Shown here: positions 11,018 through 19,932 of the stretch, piece by piece | How the letters are laid out: each line of letters opens with the position of its first letter | Position numbering within the stretch: position 1 is the first letter of the stretch | Sequence record: MK250017.1 | Length of the DNA stretch: 64,000 nucleotides | Direction: 5' to 3' (one strand) | The notes under the pieces: generated by a model | What the model was told of the DNA's origin: nothing | What the model saw: only the letters and a program-made list of their open reading frames with translations | Database searches by the model: none | Made by a program: the position numbers and the translations under genes

Positions 11018-11732
11018 TTGGAAATCTATAAATTCTATCAGGATTGAGTTTCTTTCTTGTATTAATTAAAAGTTCTCGATCTTCTGGATGTTCATTTAAA
11101 TGTCTTCCATAATCATAATAACAACCGTAAATATATTGCATATGACCTATATTACATAAACCGCAATATTCTGTATGCAAACCATAATCATTTAAAAATG
11201 TTAAAATATTAATTGAACCCTGACGTCTAAAAGTATATGTAAAATCAAGCGGTGTTTTTCTTTCTTTAATAGGATTTACAATTTTCTTATTAAGACCGCG
11301 TGCTTTATAGATTTGANNNNNNNNNNNNNNNNNNNNNNNNNNNNNNNNNNNNNNNNNNNNNNNNNNNNNNNNNNNNNNNNNNNNNNNNNNNNNNNNNNNN
11401 NNNNCTTCACCTATAATAAAATTATCATCTACAAATAACGCTTCTAAAATATTAGGATTTGCCTTTACAAGTAATGATATAAATTTATTAAGTTCATACC
11501 ATTTATTATCATTTTTTGAATCTGCGATTTCTTCTTTGTATGTATTATAACCAAGAAGTTCTTTAATTGAACAAATATAAATTCCACCTGAATCTTTATC
11601 ACTTTCTGGAGTATCTAGCCCATATGAAACCGAACCCCTGATATATTCAATAAGGAGTCTTCCATCTTTTCTGATTTTATCAAATTCAGGAATTCCAACT
11701 GTTTCTGTTTTAAAATTCTTATATGATTTCAT
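11018..11732 (-). CDS. PF10127-type (Pol-beta family) nucleotidyltransferase; 3' end hidden in N gap
   Basis: RGSVSYGLDTPESDKDSGGIY matches GSxxYGxxxxxSDxD; ANPNILEALF. Confidence 0.75.
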
Positions 11733-11743
11733 ATTTTATAATT

Positions 11744-12370
11744 TTATTTCTTTTCTCTATCTCTGACTGCTTTAAATAATGCTGTTGCCCATGTTTCAAG
11801 ATCTGATGGAACAACTGGAATAATATCTCTTGTTAACCATTGTTCTTCTGACATTCCTTCAATATTAATAAAATTATCATGCTTCAGATTTTTAACAACA
11901 TCTTCTGAATGTGTAATAACAAGAATACCATAATTATTTTTCAATATATCAGGAAATTTTTCATTCAGCATGTTACATACACCTGTTTGAACTTCACGAG
12001 ACATTCCGATTTCTAATTCATCTATAACTATGAATTTATTTTTAGCATGTGATAACATACCATTCAAAAGATTTATAGTTGAATCAGACGTTGAGCACCA
12101 AGGAAGATCATGGTTCATTTCAGAAAGTGCACTATATTCTGGTCTACTTTCTGTTCTTGTCTGCATAGAAACACTAATAACAGCTTTATTAACAGGAATA
12201 TCTTTTTTATTTGAGATATAAAAAGCCAACTGCTTTCTGATAAGAGATTTTCCTAATGCATTACCACCAGTTAAAATAGTTATTTTATCTACTGGAATAC
12301 TATCACATATATCAAGTATATGATTTATATGTTTATTTAATGTTTCTTTTGATGTATCTTTATAATCCAT
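11744..12370 (-). CDS. Small ABC-type/AAA ATPase
   Basis: Walker A GGNALGKS, Walker B IVIDE, H-loop VITHS. Confidence 0.75.
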   Translation of the reverse strand: MDYKDTSKETLNKHINHILDICDSIPVDKITILTGGNALGKSLIRKQLAFYISNKKDIPVNKAVISVSMQTRTESRPEYSALSEMNHDLPWCSTSDSTINLLNGMLSHAKNKFIVIDELEIGMSREVQTGVCNMLNEKFPDILKNNYGILVITHSEDVVKNLKHDNFINIEGMSEEQWLTRDIIPVVPSDLETWATALFKAVRDREKK

Positions 12371-12381
12371 ATAATTATTTG

Positions 12382-12579
12382 TTAATCATCATTATTATCT
12401 TTATTAAAAAATTTTCTCAATACATTGAAATAACAGTTAGTATCGATAAAATCTAATGCATCTTCATATTCTTTATCAGGCGTTGCTATTACTTCACATT
12501 CTCTACCACATTCTCTTTCAATAATTTCTTGAATTGCTGTGGTTGGTTCTTCACCATTCATATAAATTACATACTTCAT
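12382..12579 (-). CDS. Hypothetical protein
   Basis: 65-aa ORF in tight operon. Confidence 0.5.
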   Translation of the reverse strand: MKYVIYMNGEEPTTAIQEIIERECGRECEVIATPDKEYEDALDFIDTNCYFNVLRKFFNKDNNDD

Positions 12580-12597
12580 ATTTGTGATTATTTAGTT

Positions 12598-13197
12598 TTA
12601 TTGAACATAAAGCAGAGTAATTCCATCACTATGAATGTCTATAGATTTGAATGTCTTTCTAAATTCATTCATATCAAAACCGGTTGTTAATAGATGACAA
12701 CCATTTTTTGTAGGAACACTCATACGTACTTTTCTAAGTACATATGTTGGCTGAAGATTATTAATTGTAGAAACTACATCATTATAATCATCTGAACCAA
12801 TATCAATACCATCAAGATCTACAAGATATAGTTTATCATTACCATCTTGCTTTCCACATACGCCACATGCTGAATTAAGAGATTTTGACATATGTTTCCA
12901 ATTACCCTTTCTGATTTCCTGTGTAATAAGAGAAATCTGTTCAAGCATAACAGATTGTGCATCAAGACAATTCATCTTAATATATGCACGTGCATTATGC
13001 ATATTACACAATTCAATAATACGTTTTTCGAGTTTCTCATATTGTTCAATACTGAAAACATAAAAGCTTTCAATAGGAATTGAATATGCTTTCATTTCCG
13101 GGTTTTCCTTCTTTCTCTTCAAAATCTGAATGAAATAAAATGAGCGTTCATTTTGAAACTCAAGATGATTCTTAATAAGTTCGAAATTGTTTACCAT
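12598..13197 (-). CDS. Conserved phage protein, possibly AEP/primase-like fold
   Basis: LVDLDG and PTKNGCHL motifs resemble DxD and H motifs of archaeo-eukaryotic primase-like proteins. Confidence 0.35.
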   Translation of the reverse strand: MVNNFELIKNHLEFQNERSFYFIQILKRKKENPEMKAYSIPIESFYVFSIEQYEKLEKRIIELCNMHNARAYIKMNCLDAQSVMLEQISLITQEIRKGNWKHMSKSLNSACGVCGKQDGNDKLYLVDLDGIDIGSDDYNDVVSTINNLQPTYVLRKVRMSVPTKNGCHLLTTGFDMNEFRKTFKSIDIHSDGITLLYVQ

Positions 13198-13198
13198 A

Positions 13199-13489
13199 TT
13201 ATTTTTTATATTTAGAAAGTTCTTCTTTTAATCTGTTAATCTCATTTACCATATTATAGTATTCCTTATATGGTATAATTTTAAGTTTACCTTGATTTGA
13301 CTTTGTTGTAAATTTCTCTGTTTCAAGTCTGAAATGACTATTCACACGTTCTGCTTCTGCTGATGCATCTCTCTCATTTTCATTTAAAAATAAGCGGACT
13401 TTTTTTACATCTGCAACAGCTGTACTTTGATAATCGGTATCCCAATCATTATGAATGTAAGTATCGATTGCTACATATCCATATACCAT
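13199..13489 (-). CDS. Hypothetical protein
   Basis: 96-aa ORF just downstream of a TGTATCTTTG promoter. Confidence 0.6.
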   Translation of the reverse strand: MVYGYVAIDTYIHNDWDTDYQSTAVADVKKVRLFLNENERDASAEAERVNSHFRLETEKFTTKSNQGKLKIIPYKEYYNMVNEINRLKEELSKYKK

Positions 13490-13527
13490 ATTATTTCTTA
13501 TTTAATTATTATTGTTATTAACTAATA

Positions 13528-13537
13528 CAAAGATACA
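13528..13537 (-). promoter_or_regulatory. Bacteroidetes primary-sigma -7 promoter element (TGTATCTTTG)
   Basis: Matches TAnnTTTG; one of 9 intergenic copies of the same 10-mer. Confidence 0.7.
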
Positions 13538-13672
13538 TATTTTCCATGAAATAAAAAAAATAATATATATAAAAAATAAATATTTCTCCTGTATCGCATT
13601 ATTTTTAACTTACCTTAATACTTTACTATATAAGATATTTGGATGCGATACAGAAGAAATATGATATGAAAT

Positions 13673-13984
13673 TTAAGATTCTATGTCATCATCGTCATCA
13701 TCTACTTTAGATGTATCAACTAATTTGACATTATCAGTATTCATAATTGCAATAGTGTGAGGTTCTCTAAAATTACGACCTTTATAATTTGAATCATATT
13801 CACAAATAACAGGTTCTGTATTTTTATCTCGTGTGAATCTATTAGGCATAAAACATGGATCAATTCGTACTTTACCTGATGGCATAAATCCAACTACAAC
13901 TCCTACACGAGCCTCTGCATAACCTGGGTCACCATATGCCACAAAATCTCCAATTTTAATTTCTCTATCTAAAATATCCTTCAT
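13673..13984 (-). CDS. Hypothetical protein (SH3/KOW-like N-terminus)
   Basis: MKDILDREIKIGDFVAY, typical small phage beta-barrel start. Confidence 0.5.
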   Translation of the reverse strand: MKDILDREIKIGDFVAYGDPGYAEARVGVVVGFMPSGKVRIDPCFMPNRFTRDKNTEPVICEYDSNYKGRNFREPHTIAIMNTDNVKLVDTSKVDDDDDDIES

Positions 13985-14112
13985 ATAAAAATAATTTAAA
14001 AAATATTAAAAAATACAAACAAACACTGTGCTTTTCCCATATAATTAATGTTTGTTTGTATTAAATGTTTCTAATCTAAAAATATAATATTAAATTTAAG
14101 GTAATAAGGTAT

Positions 14113-14475
14113 TTATGAAATTTCATATTTATATTCTACCGTAAACTCAGATGATTCATAATCATTATCTAGTTTATCCCAACAATAAGGATTATCTGCA
14201 AAATCATCTGCTAAATGATGTTTACAATATGAATCTTTTAATGTTTCATTTGGAAGAATAATATTAATTCTTACATCATTTTCATCATCTGTATGTTGTA
14301 CATACAAATATGAACCAGTTTCTTTATGCATATAAAGAAGATTATTATACCATGATATATTATCACAATATACAAGTTCCTTTCGATTAATGATAATATT
14401 TGTACCTGCAGGATAATCATTACCATTAATTAATGCTCTAAGTAACTTAGCTAATGTTATAGTATTCATAATCAA
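14113..14475 (-). CDS. Hypothetical protein
   Basis: 120-aa ORF. Confidence 0.55.
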   Translation of the reverse strand: MIMNTITLAKLLRALINGNDYPAGTNIIINRKELVYCDNISWYNNLLYMHKETGSYLYVQHTDDENDVRINIILPNETLKDSYCKHHLADDFADNPYCWDKLDNDYESSEFTVEYKYEIS

Positions 14476-14483
14476 TTATTATT

Positions 14484-14702
14484 TTAACAATATTCAGATG
14501 CTTCATGTTCAGCATTATCATAACCATCATTATATGCTAAACCATAAATTTCAGAAACAATATTTGCTATTTTATCAATATCTGTTTCTTTAATTTTTAA
14601 TTTAGATAACAATGGTAACATCTCTTTATGAAACTTATCAGATGCTTCACATTTACCAAAGAAGTCACCAGAACCGATATAATATGTTTTATTTTTATTC
14701 AT
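14484..14702 (-). CDS. Hypothetical protein
   Basis: 72-aa ORF downstream of TGTATCTTTG. Confidence 0.55.
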   Translation of the reverse strand: MNKNKTYYIGSGDFFGKCEASDKFHKEMLPLLSKLKIKETDIDKIANIVSEIYGLAYNDGYDNAEHEASEYC

Positions 14703-14732
14703 AATTTATTTTATCTTTATTAATTTATATAA

Positions 14733-14742
14733 CAAAGATACA
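14733..14742 (-). promoter_or_regulatory. Bacteroidetes-type -7 promoter element
   Basis: TGTATCTTTG on minus strand. Confidence 0.7.
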
Positions 14743-14764
14743 CATATTTTATGAAATAAAAAAA

Positions 14765-14977
14765 TTAAATGATAGAATCATCTTCATCTTGTTCAACTTT
14801 ATATGTATATCTTGGGTCAAAAGGTTCTGCATAATTAAGATCTACACACATTGCATATATCATAATAAATGGAAATGGAATAATTAAACCGAGATAAAAT
14901 AATATCTGTTGTAAACGGTAAATCAATACATCATTCCATTTGTACTTTTGTTTGTTCTTTGTTTTTATTAGTCTCAT
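14765..14977 (-). CDS. Small membrane protein
   Basis: 70 aa, one hydrophobic segment. Confidence 0.5.
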   Translation of the reverse strand: MRLIKTKNKQKYKWNDVLIYRLQQILFYLGLIIPFPFIMIYAMCVDLNYAEPFDPRYTYKVEQDEDDSII

Positions 14978-15281
14978 TTTCTTCTTTCATCTTTTTCATT
15001 GCTACAAATATCTCACATAATGATGCAAGTTGATTTTCATGATCATGTTCAAATGATATAAATTCTCGGCATTCTTTTTCTTTAATATCAGGAAACATAT
15101 AAGAAGGTATTTCACCACCTAATTGTCTGGAAAGTTCCCATTTCCCTGTTGAATTATTAAATATAGGAGTATCATAAAATACATGAAGTTTCCCATATAG
15201 TTCTAATTCATCATGAAATTTAGGATGTTCACCTCGTTCATCACGTGCTAAATAAATTGATAGAACTTTATTTTTACTCAT
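14931..15281 (-). CDS. Hypothetical protein
   Basis: 116-aa ORF, IYLARDE start. Confidence 0.55.
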   Translation of the reverse strand: MSKNKVLSIYLARDERGEHPKFHDELELYGKLHVFYDTPIFNNSTGKWELSRQLGGEIPSYMFPDIKEKECREFISFEHDHENQLASLCEIFVAMKKMKEENETNKNKEQTKVQME

Positions 15282-15288
15282 AATTGTA

Positions 15289-15555
15289 TTATTTTAGTTT
15301 ACGACCACAAATTGGACAATAATTGATATTTAATTCAACATCAAAATCATAACTATATGCATTTGAATCATGGTGCATTATTAATGTATTTGTATCTGTA
15401 TTGATATGCATAGATGAAAAATCGTCATCACAAATTGTATCAAGTTGTATTACATCTATATTATCAACCATCTTATATTTTGGTAATCCTCTTCGACTAT
15501 AACCATCAAATACTTCTTTAAGACCAATCTTAGTCTTTTCACAATATTTACACAT
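15289..15555 (-). CDS. Small zinc-ribbon protein
   Basis: MCKYC ... INYCPICGRKL. Confidence 0.6.
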   Translation of the reverse strand: MCKYCEKTKIGLKEVFDGYSRRGLPKYKMVDNIDVIQLDTICDDDFSSMHINTDTNTLIMHHDSNAYSYDFDVELNINYCPICGRKLK

Positions 15556-15565
15556 TACTTATAAA

Positions 15566-15937
15566 TTATTTAGTCCAATTATTAATATATCCATATGTAT
15601 TTCTACATACATTTGAATATTTCTCATCTATATTTTTATGATGATTAATAAATTCATCTTCTGATAGAAATTCTGTTTCATACCAAAAATTACAATCATT
15701 TCCATCACTACACTGATAATGATGTTCAATCATATTTTTATCTGAATTCCATTTTAATGTATCACCATAATTATATAATGTTTTATTTGTTTTCTTTAAA
15801 TAAGAAACAATTTCTTCCCATGTTTTGAAACCTTTTGTTTTCCAAAACATTTCTTCTTCTTTTTTCTGCTGAATCTTTACTTTCTCTTCTTCACGATCAA
15901 AAGATTCCTTAAGCTGTGATAAAATAATATTATCCAT
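15566..15937 (-). CDS. Hypothetical protein
   Basis: 123-aa ORF. Confidence 0.55.
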   Translation of the reverse strand: MDNIILSQLKESFDREEEKVKIQQKKEEEMFWKTKGFKTWEEIVSYLKKTNKTLYNYGDTLKWNSDKNMIEHHYQCSDGNDCNFWYETEFLSEDEFINHHKNIDEKYSNVCRNTYGYINNWTK

Positions 15938-16139
15938 TTGTTACATTTTTAGATTCAACAATAAAACCGTTTCCGATTTCTCTTGCAACACGAGATGCAT
16001 ACTCAATGTTATTATATACGCCATAATACCAGTTACCATCAGGACATTCCCTTGCAACTGTATATCTATAATCATTAATATATTCAGAAAATCTTGCTGG
16101 AAGATTCTTAATAATATGTCTTGGATCAATATTTGCCAT
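15930..16139 (-). CDS. Hypothetical protein
   Basis: 69-aa ORF downstream of TGTATCTTTG. Confidence 0.55.
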   Translation of the reverse strand: MANIDPRHIIKNLPARFSEYINDYRYTVARECPDGNWYYGVYNNIEYASRVAREIGNGFIVESKNVTNG

Positions 16140-16168
16140 AATTTTATATTTTTAAATTTTTTATATTA

Positions 16169-16178
16169 CAAAGATACA
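16169..16178 (-). promoter_or_regulatory. Bacteroidetes-type -7 promoter element
   Basis: TGTATCTTTG on minus strand. Confidence 0.7.
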
Positions 16179-16200
16179 CATTTGTTTTTAAATAAAAAAA

Positions 16201-17142
16201 TTATTCTGGAAAAACTTCTATATTTTTTAAATTCCTAAAATCTGATACATTATATTTTAATGTTAACTTAATCACATTTCCATATAATACACAGTTACCT
16301 CTTGATATTTCTACATTTCTTGAACTTTGACAAAATATTCCAGCTCCATCATTATATCGTTCACATCTAATTAATCTTGCATGTTCACGTAATGCTTTAT
16401 CAGAATATAAACAATTTACAGTATTACCTAAATTATCTCTTAATATAAATGAGAAATAACCTAATCTTGTAATTGTGTTTACTGCTTCATTAAATTTATT
16501 AATCTGAAATTTAACATACTCATTTGACATATCATAATGTTTGTATGCATCGGACAACGCTTTATTATATACATTTTGAAATGTATTTTGCTGTATAATA
16601 TTATCTGTACATTTAATACTAATATTAAGAATTACTTTATTTCCATATATAACCGGTTCATCAACATCCAATTTATAATTATAACATTTTGTTGAAATAT
16701 CTGTAAGCTTTTCTAATATATGATTAAATGAAATATGTACACTTTCATTATTAGAACCTGTTACTTCATTATTTGCTATTAATGAAGAACCATTTATGGA
16801 AACAGATGAACCATGATTATTAACATATTTGTTTAACTTATCAACTGATACAATAACATTCAGTTTAATTGTTTTTGTTGATTCATTATATTCTATTTCT
16901 TTATATGACTTAATATAACCATTTGTGATCATTACAGTTTCATCTGTAAATAAGTCTTCTGTATTAATTGATGAACGTGATGATATATAAGTTCCATATG
17001 CATCTGCAAGAGCAAATCTCAATGCAGATAAAGTAGCTTCTTGTTTATTCTTACCAGTACCACAAGATTTTACCAAAACATCATTACAATAACAATTAAT
17101 ACATGTTATATAAAGAAATAAAAATATAATGAATCGTTTCAT
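16201..17142 (-). CDS. Exported protein, LPP20-like N-terminal domain
   Basis: Signal peptide MKRFIIFLFLYITC; GTGKNKQEATLSALRFAL motif. Confidence 0.5.
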   Translation of the reverse strand: MKRFIIFLFLYITCINCYCNDVLVKSCGTGKNKQEATLSALRFALADAYGTYISSRSSINTEDLFTDETVMITNGYIKSYKEIEYNESTKTIKLNVIVSVDKLNKYVNNHGSSVSINGSSLIANNEVTGSNNESVHISFNHILEKLTDISTKCYNYKLDVDEPVIYGNKVILNISIKCTDNIIQQNTFQNVYNKALSDAYKHYDMSNEYVKFQINKFNEAVNTITRLGYFSFILRDNLGNTVNCLYSDKALREHARLIRCERYNDGAGIFCQSSRNVEISRGNCVLYGNVIKLTLKYNVSDFRNLKNIEVFPE

Positions 17143-17146
17143 AACT

Positions 17147-17692
17147 TTACTTTTTTAATTTAATAAAATATATATAAATATCAGAATTTTTAGCTGATAC
17201 TTTCTTTAACATCTGCAAATGACTAACTTCACCCATTGATGTTTGAACAATTTCATCTGTAAATATATAATTATCAGAATTATGTGAATTTTCATTCATA
17301 TTAACTGATGTTACTGCATCAATATCAGAATTATCTGAATTATTATCATCGTTAGAATCTTCTGTATAGAAATTTGATTCCATATTTTCTATATTATATG
17401 TAGAATAAGATCTGTTTCTTGCTCCACGTAAAAATTCAATAACAGATCTTGTTGCTTTCATATGTGCAATACGATCACAATATTCAGGATTTCTGCTATT
17501 TGCAATTTTAACGACTGATACCAAAACAGGACCATTAGATGTTTTATATACAGAACAACCAGTTACATTATTTTCAACATATTCTGTTACTACTTTATTT
17601 CGTAGTAGAATTTTATTCTTTTCAGATAGAACTTGAGAAAAACTAAATGTAAAAGAAAATAAACAAATTAGAAATGATATAATATATTTCAT
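17147..17692 (-). CDS. Exported protein (LPP20-related)
   Basis: Signal peptide MKYIISFLICLFSFTFSFS; RIAHMKATRSVIEFL. Confidence 0.5.
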   Translation of the reverse strand: MKYIISFLICLFSFTFSFSQVLSEKNKILLRNKVVTEYVENNVTGCSVYKTSNGPVLVSVVKIANSRNPEYCDRIAHMKATRSVIEFLRGARNRSYSTYNIENMESNFYTEDSNDDNNSDNSDIDAVTSVNMNENSHNSDNYIFTDEIVQTSMGEVSHLQMLKKVSAKNSDIYIYFIKLKK

Positions 17693-17744
17693 AATCTTAA
17701 TTATAATTAATGTTATACTATGTTTTACTTAATTTTATTTAATG

Positions 17745-18422
17745 TTACTCATCATGATTAGGTTCCAAAGGAATTTCTACATTCTCTGATTTCTTCTTAT
17801 CAGACTGATACTTATCAAGTTCATCCCATGCATCTATCATATCTCGCTCAAATTCTTTTTCTTTCTTAAGAAGCTGTCTATCCTGTGATTTAATATTACT
17901 AATAATATTTTCTTTATCATATTTTACACAAACTTCATAACGATACATTTGCTTATATCGATTATAATACTTTTGACACTTTATAACATTGATACCTTCT
18001 ACAATACCCTTACATGCATTGACAACCTGTTCACGTGTCTTATTACTGATAGATGAACCATCATCTGTTTCAAGTTCATCATTATACATGTCAATACCAT
18101 AACGAATATACAACTCCATCTTTTTACGAAGATTAGCAGTTGCATGTGTTACTGCTTTATTATATGCAAACATCTCATTTCGAGATTCTGAAATACCATA
18201 TGCACGGATTTCACCTGTTCCTGTTTCAAGAGACAATTGCATAATAGGAGAAATATCTTCTACACTATAACCGTCTGATTGAGGACCATATTCCTCAATA
18301 TACTTCTGCAATCTCTGATTCTCTACACGAAGATTGTGAATCTCTGTTGTATCCTTCTTACTAGCATATGTAGTAAGTGTAACAGCAAACATTGTAACTA
18401 ATACAAAAATAAACTTTTTCAT
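17745..18422 (-). CDS. Exported LPP20-like protein
   Basis: Signal peptide MKKFIFVLVTMFAVTLTTYA; RAYGISESRNEMFAYNKAVTHA. Confidence 0.55.
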   Translation of the reverse strand: MKKFIFVLVTMFAVTLTTYASKKDTTEIHNLRVENQRLQKYIEEYGPQSDGYSVEDISPIMQLSLETGTGEIRAYGISESRNEMFAYNKAVTHATANLRKKMELYIRYGIDMYNDELETDDGSSISNKTREQVVNACKGIVEGINVIKCQKYYNRYKQMYRYEVCVKYDKENIISNIKSQDRQLLKKEKEFERDMIDAWDELDKYQSDKKKSENVEIPLEPNHDE

Positions 18423-18502
18423 AATTTTTAATAATTTTAATTAATATTCTTAATATACTCTTTTATATAATCTAATCTTTTTATCTTAATTTAGGTCTAA
18501 CA

Positions 18503-18512
18503 CAAAGATACA
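18503..18512 (-). promoter_or_regulatory. Bacteroidetes-type -7 promoter element
   Basis: TGTATCTTTG upstream of the exported-protein operon. Confidence 0.7.
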
Positions 18513-18583
18513 CCTAAAAATTTAAATAAAAAAATATATTCTATATAAATTTAATATAAATAAGAAAAATATTTTTTTGATGC

Positions 18584-19540
18584 ATGGAACGATTATATAA
18601 TAATTTAATTAAATGTATATCAATATCAGTAAAGTAGGCAATAGAAGAATCGATAGGAACATTACAAATAGATAATAACATTGATAAAATTTATAATGAT
18701 ATAGAAAATCATATATATAAAAATAATAAAATAAACTATAATGATTATAAAAATATTATATAGTTTAATGAACATGATAATTTATATATGTTAACATATA
18801 ATGATATATGTAATATAAAGAATTTATAGATTATTATATGTGAAAATCCAGATATTATGTATACAGAAGCAGCAGCATTAATAGATAATAAAGAATATAC
18901 AATTTTAGGTTCAGATGAAATTATATTAGCAACATTAATTATATATAATCCAGATGAATTACGGTTCTTAAAGAATCATTTATATCATGAAATAAGACAT
19001 TATTATGATACATTTAAACATATAAATTCATATAGCGGTTATGATAGGGGTATTAATTATCTATTAAATAAAGAACAGAAAGATAATAAAACATATAATA
19101 TTAATTTTTTGCAATTTAAAAAGATGTTAATGAATAATAATATACCATATCCTTTATTATAGCAAGCTATATTATCTCAATTATATTATCTAGATGAATC
19201 AGAAATTCGAGCACATACAGAAAATATGTTTGGTGAAATAGATGAGTATTTTAAACATAATAATATAGTAAATAATTCTTTAGAAAATATATCAGAAACA
19301 TATAATTTTTATAAATCAATAAAAGATGTTTTTACATATTACAAAGATAATTTATCAGAAACATATATTAACTGGTTAGTTAAAAATTTTGGTGATGATT
19401 TTTATGAAATATATTATGGTAAAATAGGACATCCTAAAAGTTTTAATTTTGTGTTTAAAAAAATTATTTATAATTGTAATAAGTTTTTTAAACATGCAGA
19501 GCAAATGAAAATATATTGTAAAAATAAGTATGAAAAGTAA
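18584..19540 (+). CDS. TAG-recoded putative zinc metallopeptidase (318 aa)
   Basis: ATG 18584; 4 in-frame TAG join fragments 18857-19162 and 19226-19540; HEIRH plus downstream ESEIRAH; TATAAATA at 18555. Confidence 0.65.
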
Positions 19541-19877
19541 TTCAATTATCATTGACTTTATAGGTGATGATTATATAGAATATTCAGATTTTTGGGAAAA
19601 TACATATTAGAATTTATCTATAGATTCTCAAATATTATATGATTCATTGCATAGTAATGTTATATACAATATATTTGATGAAATAAAATTATATATAAGA
19701 GAAAATATTGATCACCTTGATTTAACAATATATGATTATTATCTTTTACATTATTTGATTCCAGATAAAGAATCATTGAAGAAATATGTATTAAATAAAA
19801 TGGAAAATATAACAGATAATGTTATTGATGATGTATTTAATAAAATAGAAGAACTTAAAAATAAACAAGAAAATTAA
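19530..19877 (+). CDS. TAG-recoded hypothetical protein
   Basis: ATG 19530, one TAG, joins track ORF 19647-19877. Confidence 0.55.
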
Positions 19878-19932
19878 GCAATTTAATAATTAAGATATAT
19901 AATAAAAAGTAATTTTTGATTAAATAAGATTT

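Noticed and set aside
1292-11069. Track ORFs made mostly of X (e.g. 1292-1564, 6828-7511, 6905-7507, 10227-11069) and the 10173 end of the NTase ORF
   Set aside because: Artefacts of reading through N runs; masked bases carry no evidence.
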